NCBI GenBank assembly: GCA_001949185.1
Contig: BDGG01000019.1
Location: forward strand, 1-63,607
From: Ramazzottius varieornatus
Taxonomy: Eukaryota; Animalia; Tardigrada
Length of the DNA stretch: 63,607 bases
Direction of reading: 5' to 3'
Part shown: piece by piece, positions 24,927-41,254 of the stretch
Layout of the letters: each line of letters starts with the position of its first letter
How positions within the stretch are numbered: position 1 is the stretch's first letter
Made by a program: the position numbers and the translations under genes
The notes under the pieces: generated by a model
The model's database searches: none
Told to the model about the DNA's origin: nothing
Seen by the model: only the letters and a program-made list of their open reading frames with translations

Positions 24927-25942
24927 ATGATCAAAATATGCCTGGAGTTTTTCTTGGTTTTCCTATGGACTCGTCATGTCTGTCCCGCTCCCGTAAGTGT
25001 TTCTGCTTCTATTCGAACTAATTCGGGGAATATTAGTTCATTAAGGGATTTGTTTGTTTCTGTCAGATGAGTCCAGTGGAAGTGAAGAATACCATCATGG
25101 AAAACCTCGCAGTTTCCGCGGACGACAAAAATATTACCGTAGTTCTTCATCCACCGGTCATCGTTCCAGCCTTATCTGTCCCCAACGAAGCACTTGGTCT
25201 TACTCCTGCTCCCACCTCAGCTACCGATGTACCCCATGCACCTCTAGCTGCTGAAATGTTCAACGGGGGTGTCGGCACCGTCAACGGTTCTCCCGTCTTC
25301 CTACACCCTTCCGCTGGCACTCCGACGTCGAGTCCGAAGGAAATCAAAGATAAAGATGCCCAAAACATCAACCGTTCGGTAAACCATTCCAAATATCTGC
25401 TTCGCGATTATTTCCGGAAGAAATAATGATGTGATACTGTTTGGGAGCTCGTCGGACAAAGTCGACCAGACTGCTATTCCAAGTGGCGCACGTCTCCAGT
25501 GTTATTAACTGCAAGTGTGTACCACTTGAAAGAGCGATCTTGCCGAGTTGCTTTGGTTAAATTCCATCTTTTCCGCCCGGTTGCAGCCGGCTTTGAGCAG
25601 AGTTTTGAGTTTCTTCTTTACCAACAGGTTATGAAAGCCATGGAACATCTGCAGAACATTGGCCAGCAAGCACAAGAAGGCCAAATGGTGCCGTTGATCC
25701 AACAAAGTATGGATGGCGCCATGAGCGCCGTCAACAGAACCGTCGACGCCACCAACACTAATTCGTCGATTAGCGTGGTAGTGGTGCCACTGGTACAAAA
25801 TGCCTTCGACCTCACCGAGCCGGGCCACACTTCCGTAGCGCAACTGGCCGCCAGCCATCCCATCGTCCTCGCGAACAAAGACGGAAACCATACCACCGTC
25901 CACGTGGTAAGATTCCAACACACTAGCTCGTTCATGTACTGA
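24927..25942 (+). CDS. Putative secreted Pro/Val/Ser/Thr-rich low-complexity protein (3' end uncertain)
   Basis: Signal-like exon MIKICLEFFLVFLWTRHVCPAP|GTAAG; further exons about 25067-25378 and 25628-25906 with canonical splice sites. Confidence 0.55.
25480..25528. repeat. CAAGTGGCGCAC palindrome module (1 unit)
   Basis: CAAGTGGCGCAC-N25-GTGTACCACTTG in intron 25379-25627. Confidence 0.85.
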
Positions 25943-26128
25943 GGCATCCGTACCCATCCCCTGGAAAACGAGCAAACCAGAGAAGTCTGTTGAGCACATA
26001 CCCTCGTTTCTTTCTAGCGTTCAGGTAAACAACTCAGCTCTGTTACTGCACCGAAAATCGTAGAGAGGCGTCAAGTTACTGTACTTTCCAGAGTAGATGC
26101 TTGTGATGACTAACTGCTGATTTCACTA

Positions 26129-26324
26129 CACGCACGACAAGCAAATATGGGCCAGTAAAAATTATGGGCCCGGCGGATAAGACTGCAAAATAAAATCTAA
26201 CTGTAGAAAAGTGACAGAAAGTACATTAGTGTTAAGGAGTCGCGTACGTACATGCTTCAGTACCACCGTAGCGAAAAGGCCTGGTCCATAATTTTTACTG
26301 ACCGATAATTTCCGGTCGTTCGTG
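26129..26324. mobile_element. MITE family A copy 3
   Basis: TA|CACGCACGAC...GTCGTTCGTG|TA; interior homologous to copies 1 and 2. Confidence 0.85.
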
Positions 26325-26721
26325 TACACTGAACTCTTCGCTAACGAAACGGAACAACTTTTTGTCTGGCTTTTGCAGCCATGCAGTTTTATTTTTACCG
26401 AAAAATCTTATTTCACGTCGCAGCAGAAAACGCGCAGCTAGGGACTAATAATAGGATATTATAACCTTTGGCACCAATGTGCCGGTAGATATAAAAACCA
26501 TATGCTGTCTATAAAAGGCGAAATCGGCTGACAACCTCCACACGTGAAAACAGGAGCAGGCCGGTGAACGCAAGAAGAGAAAACGAATACGAGGAAATAT
26601 TCTCTGCATCGCGTTATGAGCGAAGCGCGACAACGGAACATTGTAAAGCAGGAAGTACAGCAAGTACTTCAAGAAGGGTTGATACGAGCGGCAATGTATT
26701 GCTATGCACTTACGCGATATT

Positions 26722-27533
26722 ACAGTACATGCTCATTACAACCATTACAATTATTACGATCATTACAATTCATAATCGAAAACGGCCGAAAACGACCGTT
26801 TTTGAATTGCAATATGACAATTGAAATTGGGAATCCCAAGCTGGGTAATTCCAATATTAATTAGAATTGAATTAGAATTCCGAAAACGGAAGAAATTATA
26901 ATTGGTAATTAAAATAAACAATGTGGCTATTCAAATTATTGAATTTGCGCCCTGCAGCGCGGTAAAACGCACGTGGGTGTACCGAGTATCGGAGTTTCTG
27001 GGTGTCTTTGGCGCTTGATTGGGCGAACATCTATGCGTGTGTGCACATCGCACGACGGAGAAAGGCACGAGGCTTACAGTTTTGTTTTGCGAATCGCGCG
27101 CGGTGCATCGATGTAAGCGCGAAGTTCAACCCCGGTCCCGGTATTTTTCTCTACCAACCTCTTAAGGGATGTTCTCCGTGTGTGACGACGTACAAGGCTC
27201 CAGGAAGATACAATACCTGCTTCCATCAGGGCATCCGTGTTTAATGCCTTAAGTAGAACATGTTTTGAGCTGACATCCGACATCCATTCCACGCTTATGG
27301 AGCGATGGGCCTAAGTCGCTTCAAAACACGATATTCCGGGAATATTCCGATCTCAAAAATGAACCACAACAGTTAAAATGATTTCAATTGTTGATGCGAG
27401 CCGAATTCCGATTAATTGTAATTGCTAGTTCAGCTGAGCTGAGTCTCAGATAATTGAAATTGCTGCCGCCCGAAGTATTCCGATTGATCGTAACTGCAAT
27501 TAGAACCGAAAAAATCATATTGGAGCAACACTG
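26722..27533. repeat. Possible non-autonomous DNA transposon with AATT/CAATTA-rich subterminal blocks
   Basis: Two AT-rich blocks of reiterated CAATTA/TAATTG motifs (26730-26945 and 27370-27515) bracket a GC-richer core; the ends CAGTACATGCTC and GAGCAACACTG are only loosely inverted; no TSD seen. Confidence 0.35.
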
Positions 27534-28091
27534 ATTACACGGGTTTCGGCGGCCTAAGTCGGGGATCTCTGACTAATAACACGATTGTTCAGGAATCGGT
27601 TTTGAAGTTTCGGCACCCCATGGGCTTCTGTAACAGCTTATGAGATAACACGAAACAGACAGCGAGGAACACGAATCTGAAGTCAGATCTGATTTCTGAC
27701 CAGTGGTCAAACGGCCACGCCAGGAAGATCCAAAGGGGTTCGAATTTTTTCCGAAAAGATTGTGACATAAGAACTACGTCACTCAGCGTAAGACTACACA
27801 TACAATCGTTTGACACCAAACCCCCAAGCTGGGGTGTTTTGGAGGTTAATGCCCCTGAAGTTTCCTGCGATATCGTCTCAAAAGGGCGAACAGTTTTTCA
27901 AGACTTTGAGCCATGAAGAGGTACGGCAAAGCTACCATCCGATGCCCTGAATATTCTCTCAGACTTTATGTCAAAAAAGGATCATTTGGTAGCAAAAATA
28001 ATGTTCCCCAAATTGGGCCGCCGAAACCTACATACTGTAGTAAAATCTTTCTCGTCTCTATTTCAATTCAGCTTTCACGAATCACGATTGC

Positions 28092-28919
28092 ATGGTACAG
28101 GTGGTCAAACGGGAAGACGTTCCCAGCTCACTTCTCCCCCTTGCGGACCACAACGCCCACGGTCCTCTCCGATCCTCCGATCTCCTAGGCGCGGCTGCCA
28201 TCACTGCTGCCAACATCACCACCACGCCACCTCCCAAGAACGACTCACTGGGCGTCCCACTCTCCAACGCCCACGGTCCGCTCTCCGAAGCCGACAACCC
28301 TACCCCCTCTCCACCCACCTCCTCCGCCGCACCACTTTCAACCGAAAAGATCCTCGTCTTGGTCAACCCAGACACTAATTCATCCTCCTCAATTGTAGCC
28401 CCCACTTCCGTGAATGAGACTGTCGCCAACGATATTATCCCCATCATCACGCGCACATCCTCCAACGAATCCATCCCGAACATGCACTCAATCGAATTAG
28501 TCGATCTTGTTACTCAGCACAAGGAACCGATGGAGAGCGGGTCGGAGATATTACATGCTAGGCCTTTCGTGAAAACCTCTGACAGCGCGCAAAACAGTAA
28601 CCTATCTATTTTGGCAACGTCATTGGTCGTGGCGTCTGGTCCACCGATAATACACTCTAGTCCGGAAGTGCGAGCGGGCCTTCTGGCTCAAGGAACGCAA
28701 CCTGTGCATAATCCACCGGAAGTGGATGCGCTGACGACCACGCCTGATCTTCAGAGGCTCATCGCTTCGACCTTGCCGTCGGCTCCGCGAGTACCGCTGG
28801 TGGTACCGCAGGACAGCTTCCCCGCGAAACCGCTACCACCAGGTACTTCTTCTTTCTTGCCTGTGAAGGGCGCGAACGAGAACGCCACATCGGCTATGGT
28901 CCGCGATTTGGTTGCGTAG
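28092..28919 (+). CDS. Pro/Ser/Thr-rich mucin-like low-complexity protein (probably the last exon; 5' exon unresolved)
   Basis: 275-aa ORF with strong P/S/T bias and an internal repeat NAHGPL x2. Confidence 0.55.
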   Translation: MVQVVKREDVPSSLLPLADHNAHGPLRSSDLLGAAAITAANITTTPPPKNDSLGVPLSNAHGPLSEADNPTPSPPTSSAAPLSTEKILVLVNPDTNSSSSIVAPTSVNETVANDIIPIITRTSSNESIPNMHSIELVDLVTQHKEPMESGSEILHARPFVKTSDSAQNSNLSILATSLVVASGPPIIHSSPEVRAGLLAQGTQPVHNPPEVDALTTTPDLQRLIASTLPSAPRVPLVVPQDSFPAKPLPPGTSSFLPVKGANENATSAMVRDLVA

Positions 28920-30460
28920 ATTGTGTTTTTCGCTACGCCATCTCTGTTCTTTGCTGCTCGTTTTTTTGTTGCTTTTCGTTGTATTCTACTGTTCAAGATA
29001 TAAATTTGTTAGCACATGTGGAAATATTCTGACGAGCTATTACAGCCAGATACATCAATAGAATGACGACTTTCTACGGTACCGTATCGGAATTCGGCTA
29101 CATGCACTTAACGATAACGAAATTGGCAGTGTTCAGAACTCCAAAAGATGGTACCTCCTCGAAATATTATTTGACCACAATGCCGATCATGAATATCGCG
29201 TGACCAGAATGTCACCTAACTGATGTAAATATCGTTTGCTCATATTGCCGTTGGTGTGGAACGCCGATCAGTTCTTGCGTCCTATCCTTAAATTTCGATG
29301 CGTTTTTGTAGCCATGACGCTTCTGAATAATGCTGTTCGACACTGAACGTCATTTTCAAATGTTCCAAAGTTTTGGCAAGCGCCGGTCGGAGTTTTAATG
29401 TACTTCATGGAGCTATATATCGGTGGGTTGATGTGATGGCCGGTCTAGCCATCATATTGTAAAACGATATTCTGGAACCTAAATATTGTGGTCAGTTGAT
29501 GTTCAAAGTTAGTCAAAGTATCATTCTATATTTTGCCCAGACGATATTCCGGTTTGGTACAGTACGCTGCAAGATAGATATTGCTGTTTGTTTGGACTTC
29601 GCGCAAAATACAACCACTTGACCACCGAGACTGACGTCAGTTGATGAGTAATCCCGGTAGTGCCTACAAGAAATCTGAAAGTGTGAAACCATTCATCCAG
29701 TCTCGATGGATGACTAGTGGTACTTGGCCGCTTAGCAGGTCCTTGTATGACAAAGTGCTCGTGTTCGACATTGATGGACATGTGCTGACGTTTCATCGAT
29801 GGCGAATGTGCGATACCTATGGTAAGGGTCCCCCACATCCGTCGCCTTCACATCGGCCTGACTGCATGTCTCCGGCTTTATCGCCAGACTGCGCGTGGGT
29901 CTCCGGCTACTGGCTAGCCACTCGAACAACGCAACCGCTGACACGTGCAGCCATTCTGAACAATATACCCTTGACGCAATGTGAACGTGGGAAGGGTAAA
30001 CAGCCGTCGAAAGTGAATTACTTAGGCCAGCACAAAACACAAGAACAATCACGGATACATTTGGAATCATACGGGGTTGATAAACCACCAGCTCATCATG
30101 TTTTAATTTTGAGCAAATAATTGCTCACCCACAATACCACACTGTACATGTATCAGAATAGCAATATCGACACGTAACCATTTTTTCTCCGGTATGGCCC
30201 ATAATAAAACAAGAAGACAATGCGCTCGTCGTCGATAATCCTCTTTTCAAATTGACTTTTCATTTCTCGCATAGCGGCTTTGGAAACTCGGCTTTATGAC
30301 AAATCAAGTGCGTCCGTCTGTACAGCTAATCATTTCCTGACTTGATCGACGCGCGCATACCTTCGACCGATCGCCAAAGCCAGCCAAGTACCTCGGTCCT
30401 CGACGGACCCTTCCTCAAGAGGTAGAATAACCACTCGGACAACCAGTCTCGCATTTCATC

Positions 30461-31276
30461 ATGAAGACCAGAAGCACAGCGTTACAACTCCATCGGATAC
30501 TTTTGTCCCCCTTACCAATTTTCCTCCTTATTTTACCGCTCACCTTCGCACAATATGGCAGTTCTTCCTCCGGCAGCGGTGGAGGCTATGGGGGAAGCAG
30601 TGGCTCCTCACAATACGGTGGAAGTAGCGGCTCTTCGCAATACGGACAAACCGGTATGACAGCTGGACCAAATTACGGATCTAGTTCGCCATCCTATGGC
30701 GCAGCTAGTAGTGGTTATGGAAGCTCTGGTTCAAGTTACGGTGGACAAGCTATGGGCGGCAGCTATGGAGGCTCAAGCGGCGGAGGCTATGGAGGAAGCG
30801 GTGGTGCTGGAGGAAGTTACGGCAAAGGGATGGGCTTTCAAGGGACTGATCTGTACATTCCCAGCTACAACGACCAGTCGCAGCAATGGGTGCGCTACTC
30901 GGGCTTGTTAGGAAAACCGGGACCGACCGGATGGTACGACCAGATCTACCCCTATAACCAGATGGGTTATGGATCTGGAGGAAGCGGCGGTGGTTACGGT
31001 GGAGGTAGCGGTGGCGGATCGTACGGTAAGCCGGGTGGCGCGTCGGGTGGATCGGGATATGGATCTGGAGGTGGATCTAGCGGCTACGGGTCAGGGAGCT
31101 CGTCGGGCGGCTATGGTTCAGCGGCGGCTGGCTCCCAACAGTACGGAAGCCAGGTTCAACAACAGTATGGTGGAAGTGGCTCGAGTGGTGCGGCTTACGG
31201 CGGCAGCTCCGGAGGTTCGGCGGGATACAGCACTGGGACGGGTGCTGGTCAAGGATCGTACGGACGACGGAGATAG
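30461..31276 (+). CDS. Secreted Gly/Ser/Tyr-rich structural protein
   Basis: Signal peptide ending LTFA; GGSSGSSQYG/GGGYG repeats around a unique aromatic core; single-exon 271-aa ORF. Confidence 0.85.
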   Translation: MKTRSTALQLHRILLSPLPIFLLILPLTFAQYGSSSSGSGGGYGGSSGSSQYGGSSGSSQYGQTGMTAGPNYGSSSPSYGAASSGYGSSGSSYGGQAMGGSYGGSSGGGYGGSGGAGGSYGKGMGFQGTDLYIPSYNDQSQQWVRYSGLLGKPGPTGWYDQIYPYNQMGYGSGGSGGGYGGGSGGGSYGKPGGASGGSGYGSGGGSSGYGSGSSSGGYGSAAAGSQQYGSQVQQQYGGSGSSGAAYGGSSGGSAGYSTGTGAGQGSYGRRR

Positions 31277-32171
31277 TTCTGGATGGAGGCTGCGATAAAC
31301 AAGTACAGGGATTGTGGGCCTGACAGTGTTTTGTTTTTAAGATTTCTTCGATCTAAACAAGTGCTGGCATCACCGCGCTTGTGCTAGACTTAGTTTTCAA
31401 CCTTGTTTTCAAGTGCAAATCTACAATAGCACGCACGAAAACCGTATATCGCAAATTTAGCAAGTTGCATCGTGGGGAATTTCAGTTTTATCAAATTCTT
31501 GAGCCGCTTGGAAGAGCACGATAATGTAAAATGTTTTACCCGATGTCTACTCCGGATCTCACCAGGGGTTCGTTGTCTTGGCTCTCGTTAGGGCGAGACA
31601 CGAGTAAAGCGTCAGTGCTTGCAGCACGCTGTCTGCAGAATTCGTCCTGGATGTGCGATTGAAAATTAGCGTTTTTCCGGACAAAGCGGTCGCGTGCAGA
31701 TCCTGGAACTGCTTGCTACCTTAGAAGGTACTGTTCATTGTCGAAGATACTGTGCGCCTATTCTCCCTATTGTGCAAGGAATAAGCAATTTCCAATTCAA
31801 AGGTTGTTAATTCGGATAACCTGATCTGACTCAAAGACCGTGTTTATTTACGAGAAGCATGCAACCTCAGCGAAAACCCCGAAACAAAGGGATATTTCGT
31901 CACACGTACTGCATGTCAAAATTTCTGAAGGTGGTCGTATGCGCAAATTTTTTGCATGGAAGACAACGGATATGGAAACAAGAAGTAACCGAAAGAACAA
32001 AGCTCGGTCGAATTTTCATCCGCTTGCGGACGCTATAAAAGAAATTTTCCTTTCGAACCACCTAACGTGAAGCTTTCTTAGTCATTGGCTTTTCTATCGT
32101 CAAGTTCTAGAGTAGTGTTGAGTTCGGTATCCACTAAAAATAGAGCTGTAGCTAACTGATGATTCTCTACA

Positions 32172-32843
32172 ATGTCTTCTGCCATGCTATCAGGTGCTAT
32201 CTTGCTGGTGCTGGCTCTTTCCGAGTGCCGTGGCCAAAACGGGTGGAACAGCAACACGCAAGCCCGCGGCTCGGCCAGCTCCCCCGGCAACCTTGGCCGA
32301 CCGAGTTCTGACCAGATGCGGCCATCGGGAATGCCCGCAGGCATGATGGGCATGGGATTCCCTGCTCCCTTTGCTCCATCCATGAACGGTTCAAGCATGC
32401 AGTTTCCGCGATCTCAACAAGGGTTTGCTCCAGGTTTTCCTGGTTCCATGAATTTCACTGCCTTCGGTGGGAACCCAATGATGCCACCGCCACAGTTTCC
32501 TGGTTCCATGAATTTCACTGCCTTCGGTAGGAACCCAATGATGCCGCCGCCGCAGTTTCCTGGTTCCATGAATCTCACTTCTTTCGGTGCCAACATGATG
32601 ATGACGCCACCACCGTTTGGTATACCTCCTGGAATGTCCGGATCTGGTGAGAGCAATGGTAACAGAAACGGTCAGCAATTTGGGATGCCGCCTCCACCGC
32701 CGTTCTCCAACCCGAGAAATGGTAGCACTTTGTTCGCGCAGTTCGGAACACCTCTGATGGGTAACTCTGGAATGCAGATGGGGGGAGGTTTCTATCCGCC
32801 CTCCAACCTTAACTTGGCGGGCTCCCAGTGGTCTGGGAGATAA
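32172..32843 (+). CDS. Secreted Pro/Gly/Met/Phe-rich repeat protein
   Basis: Signal peptide MSSAMLSGAILLVLALSECRG; three 20-aa repeats of the type FPGSMNFTAFGGNPMMPPPQ. Confidence 0.8.
   Translation: MSSAMLSGAILLVLALSECRGQNGWNSNTQARGSASSPGNLGRPSSDQMRPSGMPAGMMGMGFPAPFAPSMNGSSMQFPRSQQGFAPGFPGSMNFTAFGGNPMMPPPQFPGSMNFTAFGRNPMMPPPQFPGSMNLTSFGANMMMTPPPFGIPPGMSGSGESNGNRNGQQFGMPPPPPFSNPRNGSTLFAQFGTPLMGNSGMQMGGGFYPPSNLNLAGSQWSGR
32436..32617 (+). repeat. Coding 60-bp tandem repeat x3
   Basis: TTTCCTGGTTCCATGAAT recurs at 32436, 32496 and 32556. Confidence 0.9.
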
Positions 32844-32894
32844 CTTCCAACTCTTGAAACTGACACTCTGATGTCGATCGAGCGGTACTTGCCC

Positions 32895-34570
32895 TAGTGA
32901 TGTTCTAATATGGAATAATGACATCTAATATAATAAAAATAAATATCCGCCGTCTGCTAAAGTTTTACTAACTCCGAACTACTATAGTAAAACCTCTGCC
33001 TGACTTACTAAAATATTACTATAGTAGAAGCTTTGGAGGTTCGTTATCGAAATATATTTTAATATCGAAGAGCTCGACAGAAGATCTAAAGAATCAGAAT
33101 CACATCAATCAGGCTAGCAAGAATGCTCCCCAGTATTTGCTCGGACCGTCTAAAGTGCTTAATCGTCAAGATCGGGCAAGTATTCTGAATTTCGGAGACA
33201 GAGAATTTTTCTTTCGAGATTGTGACCAGCTAGTCTGTTTCCCTTCCCCATAGTCGCCGCCGATGCGGTAGAGAAGACTCTTTCGGGCGCACTCGAAGCA
33301 GCGGGAATGGCCAGGATGCCCAAAGCGAGACGACTCAACAGAGGGAACTTATCAGCATTCTGTATCCAGAAGACTTCCGGGTTGTCTTCAACGTTGTCGT
33401 CGGAGCCGACAGGAAGGCTTACGTAGGTCTGAACTTCCAAGTCAAATGGAGATTTCTGTTGCGTGACTTCTGAACTTGCATCGATGAAGAAATCCAAGTC
33501 GTCAATACCATCTGGATTACTGTTCGCATTCAGTGCAGTCGATTCTGGCAATGTTTCTGAAAAGCAGCGAGGTGCTACGTTTTTAACCCCCATAGAAACT
33601 AGGTATGACATGTGACCGGTATGTGTTTACCTTGCGTGGGCTCCTCATACCACTCAATGTTTTTCAATGACAGCCATCTCGAAGCAAGACTAGACAGTCG
33701 CTGTGGCAATGTAAGTCTCAGTTTCTTATGGAGAAATGTGCTCGCAATGTAGACAGCATCGAACTTTGGGTTGCAATCATCTATCACATATCCCAGCACG
33801 CGCGACAGCTCTGAATCCATGGCAAGAATGACCTGAACGACAAACACGATCACCGTACACCACTATAAGTAAGATAGATTTCGATTGTAGTGTTTAGTAA
33901 GATTTCTCGTAGAAGTGTGGCGAAAAAATTAAAGCTTGAAGTGACATACTACAGCACATTTTGTTATTTTTCTGAGTTGGCGCTAATTACCTCATCGAAT
34001 GGGTTCTCAATATGGAAGCTTGAAAAGTCGAGCTTGAGAAGAGCATCGCGAACTGACTCCAAATGCCTGACTAGTCCGTTCATGTAAAAGTGAACTCGGT
34101 GAATGGTCGCTTCCTTATCCGCGCTGAGTTTGTCCGTAACCTGTGAATACTCAATACATACGACATCCAACCAAAAATTTCTGACTTCATCAGAAATTAC
34201 AATGGGATAGCTCAAAGACTTGCTGACCGGATTAAACTTCTCCAGTAGACGTATGATAAATTTTATGATGAGCCATTCACCAGGAGTTAAACCAGGGATC
34301 TTCAAGTGACGAGCCATGATCTCTTTCACGGGTTCTCGTACTTCATCAAGTCGTCGCAGAAAGAGCAGAGTAGAATTCCATCGGGTTGAGACATCTGCGA
34401 TTAATGTCAGCCCGGTAGCTTTGAGAAGTTCACCCGTGGCTACGTGAGACATTCGGAAAGTCTTGACTACAATTCTGGCTTTCTTGATGATCGACTTCAG
34501 CTTTTCATCCTTCTCGAATGCTCGAACCGCGGTCTGCAGTCGATGGATGGTAAAACTGTGACGCTTGATT
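32895..34570 (-). mobile_element. 5'-truncated hAT transposon (ZBED-like transposase with introns, plus one terminus)
   Basis: DVSTRWNST motif; hATC dimerisation domain FWIQNADKFPLLSRLALGILAIPAASSAPERVFS; putative terminus TAGTGATGTTCTAATAT at 32895, also present at 42923. Confidence 0.85.
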
Positions 34571-36680
34571 CTGCAACAGAAAAGAATTCACACTGATGTG
34601 CGGTTGACCGTAATACTCGAAAAGCAGAACATTCATTTATTCCATATGGACGTGATGTGGAAGCTCGGCAAACAAACTAGACAAAAAGGTTTTCTTGTGT
34701 CGCGCAGTTTGACAGTGTTATCGCCTGAAAGCATGCGCCACTCGAAGATCCATCTTGTCAATTTTTGTTTGCCTAGGAATTATATATGGACAAAGTGCAG
34801 TAAGAGAAAATTACCTTCCGTCGAACTCGGTCTCGCATTCAAATTTGCGATCGCAGAATATTCTCGTACAATACCTCACCAACGCACGGATCGGAGTCTC
34901 TAAAACCTTGTGGAGAAGGCTATTGTATCTACTATTGTTTACGAAAAGAAGAAGCGAGAAATTCCGTCAAAGGCCAGGGATATCAATTTTCAAAACTTCC
35001 CTCCGAAAAACCGCAAAGTCATACTGACAGACCTAATAATTTTCGCGTACACTGTACTAATCGTTACGAACGGAGCGCCCTCTATACAGCCATCATGTAC
35101 TTTTGTAACTTAATGAAAAGTACTAACAGAGAGCTATTTATATTCGTTAAGGTTAAAATCAAGCATTGTGGTGCGGAGTTTACAGTATGATTCAGGAATA
35201 TTTAGAATGGGCAAGAGGCAGCACGGAACGGCTTGTCATGTGCGGTCTTCCTTTCATTCGTGGCACGCCGTTTCCTGTTGCTTCCTGGCCAGTCTGAATA
35301 AGCCTGGTAAAATGAATAGAACGACAAAGCCGACGGTCACGATACTCTAGGGATTTAAATCATTGTGCGCGCAAATGCCACATAAGGAAAACGAAAATGG
35401 TGTCTTGAGCTCTACGAGTGGATTACGCCATACAGCAGCTTAATTGCTCAAGCTGGGTGCACTTTATTGGGTATATGAATGTGGATTGCTCAAAGTCTTC
35501 ACACTAAGCCTGCCACCATTAGACCGGGATCAAGTTAGAACGGGAGAACTATGGGTGAAAGGCACAGTGGCCTGATAGACTCCAGAAATGATATGCGCGG
35601 CTTCTATTAGACACTGAAAAAGGAAGAAGCAACCGCTTCTAGGATTCAGTCTCCCTACTGCACTCGCGCGCAACCCCGTATCGGCTAGAGAGATACAGTA
35701 GAAGCTTCAGAGTACTTCGTTTATGAAAGATAATTACGAAGCTCAGTCCCGGTCACGAGAAATCAAACGAGATTTACTATAGACAATTTACATAGCCGCA
35801 ACTCAGAGGAATGGAAAAGTGGAACTGTTCTACAGGGCCAGAAGTTGGATTTTTGCTCTTGCACGTGTTTCGCATACTTGTATAGCTGTAGTGTAGTTCG
35901 TGTGATTCAAAGTGCATGTACCCGATTGCTGAGGACGAAGATGCGTAAAAAACTGATAAAGAGGAGCCTTTTCACAACCCAAAGAAGGAGGAAGGTCTAC
36001 AGCTGGTTCCAAGCCATTACAAAGACATTACTGGGCGGTTATCGTGGGCATGCCGTTATAGTGATCGTGATGCTGGCGATGATAAGGGCTTGACGACTAG
36101 TGATGTTGAAAGGCTGCTCGAGTGCACATGTTGGGCTCTCCTGCTGTACAGTAGTCTTTTGACGGCCCTCTCCTTACAGTACTCCCGTTTATCTTGCAGC
36201 TGGCATATCCGTTGGGCTGGCTGGTAGCACTCGTGAGTCAAGGTCCTTTGTTTTCGACATGTAGACAAACACTCGGTGGCGCTGCGCTTTGTTGCCCTAT
36301 CGCTTTTCCATATCACATCCCGCGAGCCCCGATCGAGCTCGTACTGTTTACAGTATTTCTCATTCCTCTTTCTTGGCGCCTTGACGTTGCATCATGGAGA
36401 TCAACCGGCGCTCGTTTCGCACGCCTTTCGCATCATGTTCCCCCAACTTATTGACAGCTAATAATTATGTGTACAATGCTCCATATTCCAACCATTGCAA
36501 CGGACCATCTGATATTTTCTTCAGGGAGAACGTTTCCTCGTATAATGTATCAACATTACCCTTAATAATAGTAAAAGGAGGAAATTATATTGACAGCTCA
36601 TATCGAAACCTTATCATGGCTGGAATACCAAATGTGACAGGTCATTCATAATTGAACTTTGACTCGTCTATCCATCAATC

Positions 36681-41254
<4,574 letters not shown>

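Noticed and set aside
29521-30120. 159-aa ORF between the secreted genes
   Set aside because: No compositional bias, signal peptide or motif.
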